A stretch of 44,987 nucleotides of DNA, counting the filler, from Jimgerdemannia flammicorona (taxonomy: Eukaryota): NCBI GenBank assembly GCA_003990765.1. It is 2 parts of 2 records of this genome, joined end to end, with 100 filler letters (N's around TTAATTAATTAA, not from the genome) between each part and the next. Parts side by side here need not be neighbours in the genome. Positions count along the whole stretch, not along the records: positions 1 to 22,444 come from RBNJ01001280.1; positions 22,545 to 44,987 come from RBNJ01001281.1. One strand, 5' to 3'. A program made the translations under genes and the position numbers. How positions within the stretch are numbered: position 1 is the first letter of the stretch; each line of letters begins with the position of its first letter. The notes beneath the pieces are model-generated. The model had not been told where the DNA came from, did no database searches, and saw nothing but the letters and a program-made list of their open reading frames with translations. Shown here piece by piece: positions 13,071 through 26,000 of this stretch.

Positions 13071-16000
13071 TTTTTTTTTTATTTTTTTTTTTTTATAGTT
13101 ACTCAGACTTCCTCCTTTATTAATACACCCATATATCCTCTATATAATATACAGTGCCCACCCCTATCCAATCCCCCTAGGGGGGCCCCCTCTCCCCACC
13201 CTCTCTTGATGAAAGATCACTTTGTCAAACACCATCTCCACCCTCCCATCACTCAGCTCACAGATCTCTTCCACCAGACAGCAATGGCACCCACTCTGTG
13301 GACCCCAACCCACCCACCACCCAGTCAACAAATCTCCCAACAATCCCTCCCACCTTAACAACTTCTCCTATATACTCATTTGTCATACTTCCTTGAAAAC
13401 AAAGAGCCAATGTCCAGTCAGGCCCACTCACACTGCTAAAACCCACTCTGCAGTGAGCCAACCATTGCCCACACCTCCCACTAAATGAGATTTCAAATTC
13501 TTCCAATGATCTCTCTCACTATCTGATATTCTCTCTACACCTAGCTGGTCCTCTACTACTATCCAAAAGTCCCCCAGAACCTCACACTCTCTCAGTCAAT
13601 GTTCTGATGTCTGCATAAAACCCCCAACTTGCCCTACATTATAACACTCCTTACAATTCATTTGGCCACCATCCATCAGATGCCCAGTATGAAAATTCAA
13701 CATAATGTTCCTCTGCAGTATCTGCCACCATACCCCCCAGAACTTGGGAGGAAGCCACCTCTGCACCTCAGTACTCCATGACTAGACACCTGCCCAGTCC
13801 CATTCCTCACTAATCCTCACTGCCTGCCAACCACTTGGCCAAAGGTCCTGGCTAAGTCCCTGCTGACACTCTACTCCATCCCCAATATCGAACTCAGTAA
13901 GCAGAAAACCCCCCAGAAGCAGTCTGTCCCATTGCCACATAACTGGATCCCACAGCACCTCCCCCTCATTACCCCACCAGTGTAGATCTATTCGGTGTAC
14001 TCCATCTACCACCCCCCACCAGAAGCCCTTATACTGCAGCCATTGACTGCCATTCAGACCCACCAGTGAGAGCAAATCTCCTGAGAACTCTCAAGGAGAG
14101 AACCTCATCTCCCACACCTTCTGCATCAGTGGCACCCAACCCCCTCTCTGTAGTTCAACAGCCCTTCTCAACCACCAGGCTTATAGGCAATACAACCTCT
14201 TAGGGAAGTCCACTAGGCCAAGTCCTCTCCTAACCATCAGAGTTGCAAGAGTATCCCAACTGATCTGGGACCTCTTCCCTGCCCAAATCCAATCTCTAGC
14301 CAGCTTCATCAGCCTCTTCACCACCCAAGCTAGGAAGTCTAAGTGATAGGCCACATACCATAGCTTGGGAAACCAGTAGACATTCAGAATTGACACCCAC
14401 TCCACCAGGTAGATACATATGTCGACCCCCCAACCTCTAAGAGCTTCCCCCCAAATGGTCACCCTCCTCTCCCACTATTCTTGTAGCAAGACAGATCCAT
14501 AAACAGAAAGGAAGATGTCCAGATACCACACTACCTCTCCTGTAGGGACAATTGTTCCAATGATGTCCCCTCCCACTAGCCCATTCCTCAGCACCATTGT
14601 CTCACACTTATACCAGTTGAGTTTTGCTCCAGAGAGTACCTCATACCATTCTACTGTCTCCTTTAGTGCCTCAACATCTGCCACAGAGCCAAGTCCAACT
14701 ACCATATCATTGGCAAAAGTACCCACCTTCTATACAATACCATAAACAGATATCCCAGCCACCTTCTGGTGAATCCTATCCATCAAAGGTTCTAATGAAA
14801 GAGTATAGAGAATAGGAGACAGTGGATCCCCCTGAGAGACTCCTCTCTCCAAGAGAAATACCAGACCCCAGTGATCATTACACATCAGTGCTGCCCTACT
14901 ACCCTCTAACAGATTTAACATAGAAGCTCAAAATTGTGAGGGAACACCAATTCGATCCAGTATCTTGCCCAGCCAAACTCTCTGAACATGGTTATAGGCT
15001 TTCTCCTGGTCCAAAAAAACCAGTCTTTCATCCAGTCCACAAGCCCTGGCCCCTTCAATGATGCCATGCACCCAGGTAGTCCCATCTCTGATAAGCTGGC
15101 CTCCAACAAAACCCCACTGCTCCTCACCCAGCACCTATTGGGCCACCTTCTGTAGCCATGCAACAATCACCTTAGTTACCATCTTCCTGTCCATATCTAG
15201 GAGCATGATTGGTCTCTAGTTCTTCCAGTCCTCTTGTCTTTGTACAATAAGGCCACCAGCCCCAGGTCCTGCTCTCTAACCCATTCACCCTTCAGAAGAA
15301 TATGGTTACAGAGGACCACTATCTCTCTTAACACCCTAGAGACCTTTATCATCTTCTTCCAAAAGTCCCAAGGTAACCCATCCTCACCCAGTACTGTCTC
15401 AAGCTTAGTTGCTACAAGGGCAAGAACTCTCTGGATCTCCTCCTCTTGGACTAGTAGGATCAAGTCACCAAGTTCCTCAACTTATAGCAGTACCCACTCC
15501 TCCAGTGTATCACCAATCATTCCTTCATCAGCTCCCCCTTCCTCCTCACTATACAGTCCCCTCTATCTCTCCTTCAGTATCTCCAAGATCTGTTGTGTGC
15601 CATGTACCATTCCCCCCTCTGCATCAAGGACCCCATCTCACCAATGTCACACCCTCCTTGCTTAGAGGAGCTTAGACAAGTATCTAGTAGGCCACTCTCC
15701 CTCCTTAAGCCCCTACCATCATAGCCTGGTAGCTATTTCTTTCATATGAATCTCCTCCTCCTCTTATAATATCTGTTGCAGCTCCACTATCTCCAACTTC
15801 ACCCATTCTAGCCTTCAATCCTCCACCTCTATAGAAGAAAGCAAATCAGCCCATTCTATCTGTAATCTCATCAGCCTCCTAGAAGCACACCTAACTTGCC
15901 CCCTTCTCTGCCTCCCAGCCTCCCTACCAGCTCCTTCCCAATAAATCCTTATAGCCTCCTTCAACCTCATCCATCTGACACCCACAGATAAACCCTCATG

Positions 16001-18902
16001 TACCCAGAGAGTAATCTTTGCCTGGATATCCTCCACCTATGGGTCCCACAACACCTTCTCAGCTAGCAGGAAGAAGTTAAGGTACCAATGTCCAGGTCCA
16101 TCTCCACTCCCCCCAAACTGCCCCTGCCCTAATAGACCCCAGTGATCGAACCACAGGCACCACTCCACCTCCAGGGACCTCCAAACATCAATACCCCAAC
16201 ATTCAGCCATCAGAATCCAATCAATCCTTGTACTCAGTCCATTCACCCAGTGTGTGTAGACCCTTGTATCGCCCCATCAGGTTCTACCTATATCCCCTAA
16301 GGAGCTAAGGTTCTCTACCTCCTCTCATGCATCCAGACCACCACTCCTCCTGCCTGCACTTCTCCCTCTATCAGTCCTATCTAACTATGGATCCCACACC
16401 ATATTAAAGTTATCTCCCAGAATATCTACTCCTTTCTCCAAGAGAATACCCTCTGCCAACAGATCCCTAATTCACTCAATCCTCTCATCCTGAACTGCAG
16501 GGCAGTAGCAGGAGCCAACTATCACTGATTCCTACTCAGGTTGATGCCATTCTCCCCAGACCAAATGGTCACCCTAGCTCCTGATTCCACCCAAATCTCC
16601 TCTACCCTTCCTCACCAGAATCGCCACTTTACCAATTCAAGCAGTAGCTCTACCCCACTCCCTAGTCCACTCTACCTGATCCTTCTCACCCTCATACTGT
16701 ACATCCTGCAGTAAAAAGAGATCAGCCTCCAATCTCTTAAGCCAAGTAAAAATGTTCTTATGCCACCCAGATCCCTATAACCTATTCACATTCAGAGAGA
16801 AAATGTTAGTTGTACTGTTAATAAAGAATAATGTTGATTATCATTTGCATCCTCTACAAATCCACATTCAACTCCTCCTGTGCCAAGTCCAAGTCATGTT
16901 CTGCAGCCAGTGCCCTCTCTTCAGCTGCCTGTGCCTCCAACCTGACCAGAAGTTCAGCCATCTCCCCATCCTCTCTTTCCTTGAAGTCCTCATGATATTT
17001 CAGGTATGCCTCCTGCCAGAGTTGCAACCCATGACACTCTACCCAACAGTATGCAGCCCACTCACTGGCAATGACTGCCAGCTCAGCCTCTCTCACCTTA
17101 TCAATCTCATATCTCTCCTTCTCTAGGAAAATTGCAAGAATCTCTGCCATCAGTAACCTCACCACCCCATCACCATGCAGAATCTGTGCCTAGTGCTCCT
17201 CAGGCATCACACACAGGTCCACTTCCCCCAACTCCTCAGCTGCTAAGCTGTCCATCACTTTGCTCATCCATAACAGATTCCCCACCTCCTTCCCTCCCAG
17301 CATCTCTGGCCTTCTGGTATTGAGCATTGTGGTATCAGCTCCTACACTGGCTGCCTCATCCCACCCCTCCTCTGGGACATCCACTAGCTCATCCTTACCA
17401 ACTGCCATCACCTGCCCACCTTTTGTCACATCAGGAACCCCAAAGTATACCTGCTGAGTACCCTTCATATACATCCTCTGCCACCTGACTCCTTGCAGCT
17501 GGACCCCACCAGACCAGAGGGGAGTGTTATCCTGGGTCAGTTCTCAGACCTCCAATATGCCATCAGCATATGGGTCCATGTGCAGCATCTTCCCAGCCCC
17601 CTCCAGGCTCTCCACCCCATCTCCTCCCCTCTTATTAACTCAGACACTCACCTCCACTCCCTCAGTTTTCTCATCTCTCCCAGCCTTCATCTTTGCCCCT
17701 CCTTCTATGCTTGCCAACAACTCCCTCTGCCTCCTGCATCCTTGAGCCCTCTCCTACTGCCTCTTGTCTGTGCAAATATGTTTTCCACCTACAATCTCCA
17801 GATGCATTGACTCTACATACAATTTCCAGGCTTTTACTCTCTGCTCGACAGCACCACCCAACTCCTCCAGAGCCTCCAATAAGTTCTCCTCCTCCTCTTC
17901 ACTCCCTTTCACCCTTGATATCTTACAGACAAATGCCCCCCACATCAATACTGAGGGCCAGTCACTCATCTTCCCTATAGCCTCTCTTCCAACCAGTCTA
18001 ATCTTGACATCAACATCTCTAGTCCTGAAGGTAGTCCCCTCCCACATCTGAAAGCTAATATCCACCATATTACCATACTCTGCCATCACCTCCTCTACCC
18101 TCCTCCTAGTCTCATCCTTCATCACCATAGACACTCCCTTCACTAGTAACTGCACCACCCTGGGGTCCCATCTCAAGCACTGCACCATATAGACCACCAT
18201 CTCCCTGACTATCACTCCAGTCTTCAGAGCCTCATCCAGTGGGCCTGCCTCCTCAAAGCTCACCTCAACCCCCTCCAGACCCTTCAAGAACTTCACTGAG
18301 GCTGCCCCAGCCACCTGCTTCAAGATAAGCCCCAGGACCATCCTCATCATCACTGCCAAGCCCCAGAAACATATGGTAGCTGCAAACTCCAAGATCAACT
18401 TCTTGAGCAACAGTGCCACCACCAGCCCCATCACACCATCTGCCAGATCCCATATCTCTTTTTTTTTCCTGATTCCCCATCACACTCCTATCAACAGTCA
18501 TACCCCCAGCCACAGCACCTATGCTCACAACTCCTGCCTGAGTACTACTCTCCCTCCTGATGCTTGCCTTGCCTTTTCCCTCAGCAGCACCAGCCCTAGC
18601 TTCAGTCAGCCATCTACTTGCCTTCATCTTGTCCACTAAGCTAAAGGGGCCAGGCCTTCTCCCATTTCCTCCTGATACTGGTCCTCCTCCTGAGCCCTCT
18701 CCACCCTTCAACCTGCCAAAGGCCCCCCATCCCCAGACCATAACCCCTCTCCACATTCTGCCAGCTGAAAGCCCCAGATCTGCCCAACTCAGCATATCAG
18801 TCAGAACTCTTGCTTAGTGATATTTTTATAGTACCTTTTCTCTAAGTTGTGTTGAAAACTATTGCTTAAAGTCAGTGTAATATAAATTGTACTAGAGAGA
18901 GA
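13071..18902 (-). mobile_element. L1/Tx1-like LINE, copy 2 (full length ~5.8 kb, degenerate)
   Basis: Poly(T) 13071-13094 with AATAAA upstream on the minus strand. Decayed TSD TAGCAGTACCCTTC (13057-13070) / TGGCAGTGCCCTTC (18903-18916). ORF1 ~18795-16855; ORF2 APE, RT (FLDQEKAY, GVSQGDPLSP, TFAND) and C-terminal Cys/His remnants. Confidence 0.95.
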
Positions 18903-20160
18903 TGGCAGTGCCCTTCTTATCAATCTTAGTTATAAGAGACTTGTTCTTTACTATATACAGACTAAATTTGCCTTGGAATTCAGGTTCAATGGGATTACTT
19001 AAGTCTTTTTGATTTATATACCAGTCTCAGTTCTGGCAAAAGTTAGCTAGACTTCTGGAGTTTAGTCAGAAATACTAGAGTCACTTAGATATCATTACTA
19101 AGACTCAGGAGAATATATATATGGAGGAGAGAGGACTTGATTTTTATATCAAGAACTGAACTAAAACTACTATATTTGAGATAGAAACTGGGAGATATTT
19201 ATACAAGTTGGTATATGATTTCTGACTAAGTATAAGTGACTAATTTGGTAACTATAGTGAGATTTGTGATTGTGACCTTTGTCAGATGATTTGTAATCAA
19301 AAATACTTTATGATCAGGATCTCAATTGTTAGGCAATGATCAGCATTGCTGTGGCACTGATTGCTGTAGTGCCAATTACTGGGGATAAGTTGGATATTAT
19401 TTATTTACATCATTTGCATTAATTATTATGTTCATTATTTATATATTATATATTACACTCAATCATGACATTATTACTGAGTTACATAATCTCTCATCAT
19501 ATGTCATGTCTCATCTATTTGCTCATTTGTCATATGTCACATCTCATCTATTCACTTATTTCTTTGCTCATTCTATTATATAGACCAATATTCTGACCTC
19601 TAATTATCTCTCTAGATATATATAAAAACTAAGTTACATAGTACTGTTATCTCCTCTAAGACTCTTAGGACTCTTACTATCTTCTTCCAGAAGTTCCAAG
19701 ACTGATACTAGAGAATCTGCACCAAACTGAGTTATCTGCCAAATTGAGTTCTATGCCAAATATGGAATGCTACTAAGATTGTCATGCAGAAATCACATAA
19801 GGAACTCATTGTGCTACACAGAGATTATCTGCCACTCAAGAAGGAAACTAGATTGTTATGCTACACAAAGATCATCATGCAGAAATCACAGACTGCTTCA
19901 TATAAGAAAACCCATCACATCACAGATATCATCATATATACTACACTATATACAAATTGCTGCTATACTCAAGAACCCATCCCAATAAGAAAATCACTTA
20001 CAGATATGTATCTAGCTTTGACTATTATACTACTTAACACCAAGGATACCAGGAATATCAGAACATTTTGTTGCTTTTTGACAAAGTAACTAGGGGCTCA
20101 AGCCAAACTATATCAATCTCCAACCTTGTAATTTGCCTTCATTGAGTCAGGCATATTACA

Positions 20161-21802
20161 ATAGGTAGATGTTTGAGAAAGAAGGAATGTAGAAAATGTA
20201 GAGATGAGAGACTTATATAGAGTCCAGTTTGAAGTATCAGATATAACAAAGAGAGGGCAAGTAATCAGAATGAAGGAGGATAAGCTGATTGATATTCTAG
20301 AGAAGGAGTAAGATAAGTCTACTAGTAATGATGTAAATACTACCTTACTAGAGGAGGAGAGCCCTGTGACTTCAGGTGAAAAACATATGGTGATATATGC
20401 TAGATGAGTGTGATGATGAATGAGCTGGCTGTGGAGGAGCTAGGGGAGATAGACCTATATATTGTCAGTGAGGAGTACTAGGTGAAAGTATTGAGAGATG
20501 ACAGAGTGATAGAGAAACTGAAGGCTGAGGTTTTGACTGTATTTTTAGAAGAGAAAGAATATGAGATAGATGTGGTGAGAGAGATTGAATTAGTGATAGT
20601 TGCTGGAGAGCATACTGCTTTCTGATAAAAGCAGAGATATAGATTATAGCTCTGATAGATAATATATATATAAGAAGTACAAAAAGAAGATAGATGTCAA
20701 AAATGATGAAGAGATTGCTGAGATACTAGCTAAATTAGATACTAAAAAGGTTGGAAAGAAGAAAGTAATTGCAGAATATGATCTGAATATAGTTAGAGAG
20801 GAGATGAGTATAGAATTATAAAAAATATAAGACTATGATAAAATAATATTTTTTAATAACTAGTATAACTAACTTTTTCTCATTGAATATATATGGTCTA
20901 TAGGGCTCTGAGAGATATCAAAACATTTTTGCTTTCTTATAGGATATAGAGAGATCTTTTTCTGCTATAGGATATATATTGTGAGAAGGAATTAGATAGA
21001 TAGATATAGATAAGAAAGTGGAGGAGTATCATAGTTTGGAGAGATAAGATGAAGATTCTGATACAGAGAGACAAGAGAGAACTATATGAGATTAGAGAAT
21101 AGAGAGACCACTTAGTATAGAGGGAGTATTAAAGACCAGGGTAGAATTCAATAGTAGTAGACTCTTATTATTGTCCAGTAGTCAGAAGGAATAGAGTAGA
21201 GTGACTGGATGGACTTCATGAGCACAGTATATTTACTAAAGCTGATATAGATATGTATACTGGGTGGAGACTTTAATATAGTACAGAATATATTATTAAA
21301 TATAACTGATGGAGAGAGATATGCTGTAAGCTATAGTAATAGTCTAGATATTTGAGAGACAGTAGAGTATCTAGTAGATACTGATAGAATAATATAGGAT
21401 AACTAGAGAGTTTATAATCATTGGGTAAATGGCTTGAGATAAGGATAGATTAAATACTGACTATCAACTACTAGAGCATAGATATCTAGATAATTTTGGA
21501 GATAGAGTAGTGTCTTTGTCTAATCATTGGGGGCTATTGGGGCATGACTAGTTTGGAGAGAGTAGAGATGGGTCTAGATATTAGTATCTTAATTTCTTCT
21601 AATTAGGAAAAAAAGAGTTGTGGGATACTTAGGTAGAGGATATTGGAACAAAGATTGTTTATTGAAAAAGCAAAGAGTCCTCTGTGGAGATCTATTGGAT
21701 AAAGTTAAAAGAGACTACTAGGTTTCAGATAGAGGTGAGCTCAGTATATTATATATGGGATAGATGGGTATATTTATTAATAAAGAAAGGGGTCCAAGAG
21801 AC

Positions 21803-21840
<38 letters not shown>
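20161..21840 (+). mobile_element. LINE copy 3 (oldest, very AT-shifted, internally deleted)
   Basis: 3' part of ORF1 and APE (GGDFN near 21262-21278), then a jump at ~21717 to the 3' terminus; AATAAA at 21779 and poly(A) to 21840. Confidence 0.85.
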
Positions 21841-21842
<2 letters not shown>

Positions 21843-21929
21843 ACTAGATTATATTAAAGCAAGACTGGTAGGCAAGAAACAAAAAGACAAGCACAAACAC
21901 AACCCCATTCCCATCCACAACCCTCCAAA

Positions 21930-22223
21930 ATGCACTTTACAATCACTTCCATTGCTAAGGTCCTGCTCGTCCTCAGACTCACTGTTGCACTCAGCAACTC
22001 CTTGCCCACTGAGCATGGGGATGATGACTATAATGATTATGATGAGCACAAGAAGAGCCTGCCGCGGTGCCCCCCTCTGAATGGCATCCCATACAATCCT
22101 TCACAGTACAAATGCCATAATGGCTTCCTGTGCCCTGTGTCGATGGAGCAGTGCAGCCAGCATTGCTACTTCACATATGCGTACACCTGCACAGACAGCC
22201 ACCTCTGCCCCATTGGCACCTAG
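21930..22223 (+). CDS. small secreted Cys-rich protein with CBM52-like (glucan-binding) module, probably truncated or decaying
   Basis: CAAA-ATG context, hydrophobic N-terminus, acidic linker, then C..PYNPSQYKC..GFLCP...QC..HCY....YTC...LCP, the Cys/aromatic spacing I recall for CBM52. TAG TAG is followed by in-frame YNSHCKKSHH-TAA (22259). Confidence 0.72.
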   Translation: MHFTITSIAKVLLVLRLTVALSNSLPTEHGDDDYNDYDEHKKSLPRCPPLNGIPYNPSQYKCHNGFLCPVSMEQCSQHCYFTYAYTCTDSHLCPIGT

Positions 22224-22444
22224 TAGTATAACAGCCACTGTAAGAAATCGCACCATTAAATAAAATGGAGGGTTTGCTTCATGAGAAAATTAGGCATTAT
22301 ACATCAGATGACAGTATTTTTTTTTTTCTTCACCGTTTTGCTGTATTTCAACCCCTTTTTTTCTTTGCCTTTTGCTGTATTTCTACCCCTTTTTGTCATT
22401 GTTGCATTCAGTGTATGAATAAAAAATGATACCATGAAAAAAAA

Positions 22445-22544
22445 NNNNNNNNNNNNNNNNNNNNNNNNNNNNNNNNNNNNNNNNNNNNTTAATTAATTAA
22501 NNNNNNNNNNNNNNNNNNNNNNNNNNNNNNNNNNNNNNNNNNNN
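22445..22544. other. assembly linker (N44-TTAATTAATTAA-N44)
   Basis: Exactly 100 bp, with a six-frame-stop palindrome between two equal N runs. Confidence 0.97.
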
Positions 22545-22606
22545 AAATAACTATAGAATGACTCTCTGATTGATTTACTATACATATTTATATAATTTTT
22601 TTTAGC

Positions 22607-23010
22607 TGATACTCTCAAAAGAATCAAATTAATTCAAATTAAATTGAGAATTATTCAAATCAAATCAAATTGGGAATTTTGAATTCAAATCAAATTCAAA
22701 TCAAATCAAATTTGAATTGAATTGAATTTGAATCAAATTAAGGCCTGATTTGATTTCAAATATTTATCTCAAATTTAAAATATAATAACTTAATAAAAAT
22801 ATATCTAAATTTAATATTTTTTATCATATTAGATTCTTTATTATAAGATATATTGAATAAGCTAAAATTCATTAAATTTGAATATATTTTGGTTAAGTTA
22901 TTGAATTTTGAAAAATTAGATTTAATTAAATTAGACCTTAATTTGATTTAAATTGAATCAAATTAAGTCTCAATTTGAGAATTAAATCAAATTAGAGATA
23001 AATTTAATTT
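22607..23010. mobile_element. second, more decayed copy of the foldback MITE
   Basis: Starts TGATACTCTCAAAAGAATCAAATT; same pentamer arrays and core (TATAATAACTTAAT.AAAA.A.ATC.AAATTTAAT) as 12697-13055. Right TIR not recognisable. Confidence 0.8.
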
Positions 23011-23020
23011 ACATTCTTAT

Positions 23021-26000
23021 CCACCTTTCACCAGTAACATTCAGGTGACACAAGACTTAGACAATACTTTTGACAATATTTTTGGTAAAAGGCAACTAGT
23101 AATATAGACAGTAATAAATATACTAATATGTATACTAGGTTGGGTAGATCTAGAGCTTTCAACTAGCAGTAGATCAGATAAGGGTATGAGCTTAGAATGG
23201 GTTCTTTCAGTGATCTAAGTGAGCAGGGTGGCTCTGGTAGTAGTAGTGGCACTGGTGGTAGAACTGGAGGGCAGAAGGGAAGGAGCTTTATAGATATACT
23301 ACAGGCTGGAGGCTAGCTGATGGAAGCCTATAGTGGACAGATAGAAGAGAAGGAGAAACAGAAAGTGGGGGATACTGGAGGTGCTGGACCTCAGCCAGTG
23401 AGAGATAGGACTAGTGGAGTAGCTGCTGGAAGTAGTGGCAGGACTGCTGATAGTAGTATAACTGAGAGTCTGAAAAAAAATCCAGATATGACTGCTGATG
23501 GTGGGGCTAGACAGATGGGCCCAAAGCAGAAGAGAGACCTGGCTGATGGTGTAATGGGGCTGATGGTGGCACCATTACTCAAGAAGTTGATTTTGGAGTT
23601 TATGGCTACCTTGTGCTTCTGGGGCTTAGTAGTGACAGCAAGGATGGTCTTGAGGCTTATCTTGACATAGGTGACTGGGGCTGTCTTAGTGAAGTTCCTG
23701 AAGAGCCTGAAAGGAGTTGAGGTGGGCTTTGAGAAGACAGATCTACTAGAAGAGATACTGAAGACTGGAGTGGCAGTTGAGGAAGTGGTGGTCTCCATGA
23801 TGTGCTGTCTGAGGTGAGACCCTAGAGTGGTGCAGCTGCTGATGAAGAGAGTACCTATAGTGATAAAGGAGGAGACTAGGAGGAGGGTGGAGGAGGTGAT
23901 GGCAGAGTATAGCAATGTGGTAGATATGTATCAGCTTCCAGGTATGTGAGGGGACCTCTATCAGGACAGATGATATAGATGTTAAAATTAAACTGACTAG
24001 AAGGGAGGCCATAGAGAAGATGAGTAACTGGTCCTTGGTATTGATGTGAGGGGTTTTTATATGTAAGGTATCAAGGGTGAGAAGGAGTGAAGAGGAGGAG
24101 GAGAACTTGTTGGAGGCTCTGGAGGAGTTGAGTAGTACTATTGAGAGGAGGGTAAAGGCCTGGAAATTGTTTGTAGAGTCAACACATCTGGAGATTATTG
24201 ATAGAAAGTATGTTTGCACTGACAAGAGGCAGTGAGAGAGGGCTCAAGATCACAGGAGGTAGCAGGAGTTGCTAGCAAGCATGGAAGGTGGGAATAAGAT
24301 GAAGACTGGGGGCCCTGTGAAGTCTGGGGGAGTGGGGGCAAGTATTTGGACTAATAAGGGAGGAGGTGATAGAGAGGAGGGTCTGGAAGGGGCTGAGAAG
24401 ACACCACTCAAGGACCTGTTTACTGATGGTACTTTCAAGGTCTGGGACCCAGTCATGGATGACACTCTCTCTCTAATCAGGCAGGGTCTAGCTGTAAGAG
24501 GTTAGACAGTAGAGGACAAGCTGATGCAGAGTACCCAGCAGATACACTTTAGGGTTCTTGATATGGTGAAGGGTGGATAGGTGGTGGCTGTTGGTGAGGA
24601 TGAGCTAGTGGATGTCTCTGAGGAGGAATGGGATGAGATGGCTAGCATAGGAGCAGATACTATAATGTTGGATGCAGAAAGGCCAGAGATGCTAGGAGGG
24701 AAGGAGGTAGGAAACCTGCTATGGATGAGTAAAGTGATAGATAACCTCATAGCTGAGGAGTTGGGGGAAGTGGACCTATGAGTAATGAGTGAGGAGCATT
24801 GGGTAGAGATTCTGAGGGGAGAGAGAGTAGTGGGGGCACTGAAGGCAGAGATTCTGGTGATCTTCTTAGAGGAGGAGAGATATGAGGTTGATAAGTTGAG
24901 AGAGGCAGAGCTTGTGGTTGTTGCTGGTGAGAGGGCTGCCTACTGTTGGACTAAGTAGCATGGTTTGTAGCTCTGGTAAGAGGTATGTCTGGAGTATCAT
25001 GAGGACTTTGAGGAAAAGAAGGATGGGGCAATGGCTGAACTTCTGGAAGGATTGGAGGTACAGGCAGCTGAGGAGAAGGTGCTGGCTGCTGAACATGACT
25101 TGGATCTGGTATAGGAGGAGTTGAATGTGGATTTGTAGAGACTGTGACTAATTATCAACATTATTCCTAATAAATAGTACAACTAATATTTTCTCTCTGA
25201 ATGTAAATAGATTGTGGGGTACTGGGAGTATAAGAATATTTTTACTTGGCTTAAGGGATTGGAGGCTGATCTCTTCTTACTATAGGATGTATAGTATGAG
25301 GGTGAGGAAGATCAAGTGGAGTAGACTAGAGAATGAGGAGAAGCTACTGTGTGGGTAGGCAAAGTGGCAATTCTGGTAAGGAAGGATAGAGGAGATTTGG
25401 GTGGAATCAGGAGCTGGGGTGACCATTTGGTCTGGGGAGAATGGTATAGGCTGGAGTAGGAATCAGTAAAGGTTGGCTCCTGCTACTGTCCTATAGTTAG
25501 GGGTGAGCAGATTGAGTGGATTAAGGATCTTTTAGAGGAGAGCATTCTCTTGGAAGAAGGTATCAATATTCTGGGAGATGATTTTAATATAGTGTGGGAT
25601 CTACAGCTAAATAGAACAGATGGAGGGAAGAGTGCAGATAGGAGGAGTGATGGTCTGGATAAGTGGGAGGAGGTAGAGAATCTGAGCTTCGTAGGGGATA
25701 TGGGTAGAATATGTTGGGGCAACTGGAGGATCTATATGTATTAGATGAATGAGCTGGGTATGAGAATTGATTGAATTCTAACAGCTAAATGTTGGAGAGT
25801 TGATGTTTGGAGGACTCTCAAGGTGGAGTGATACTTATGGTCTGATTATTGGGGGCTGTTGAAGCAGAGACAGTTTGGGGGGAGTAGAGATGGACCCAGA
25901 CATTGGTATCTTAACTTCTCTCTGCTGGCTGAGAAGGGGTTGTGGGACCCATGGGTGGAGGAAATCCAGATGAAGATCACTCACTAGATATATGAGAGTT

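Larger units (their letters stand above)
7292..20160 (-). mobile_element. Ty3/Gypsy LTR retrotransposon B (3'-truncated in integrase; 5' LTR interrupted by a MITE and LINE copy 2)
   Basis: Minus-strand order: LTR, PBS, gag with decayed zinc knuckle (~10695-10740), dUTPase, protease (VLLDSSATENYIS ~9800-9835; HNPDINW), RT (HRIDLIPG...; ~9290-8600), RNase H (~8400-7950), integrase (ELHDTPAAG; MDFIVQLPKT, ORFs 7525..7884 and 7334..7525). Confidence 0.9.
12554..20160 (-). repeat. 5' LTR of element B (~1.4 kb in pieces 12554-12696, 13064-13070, 18917-20160)
   Basis: Bounded by inverted TGTAATA (12554) and TATTACA (20160). Continuity is restored by removing the MITE and LINE with their TSDs. TATA-like TATAAATA on the minus strand near 19196-19203. 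Confidence 0.65.

Noticed and set aside
19767..20089. Short plus-strand ORFs in the LTR of element B as cargo
   Set aside because: Partly built from a local duplication (TCATGCAGAAATCACA twice) and too decayed to support a call.
22445..22544. TTAATTAATTAA palindrome within Ns
   Set aside because: Artificial contig linker; no biological linkage across it is assumed.
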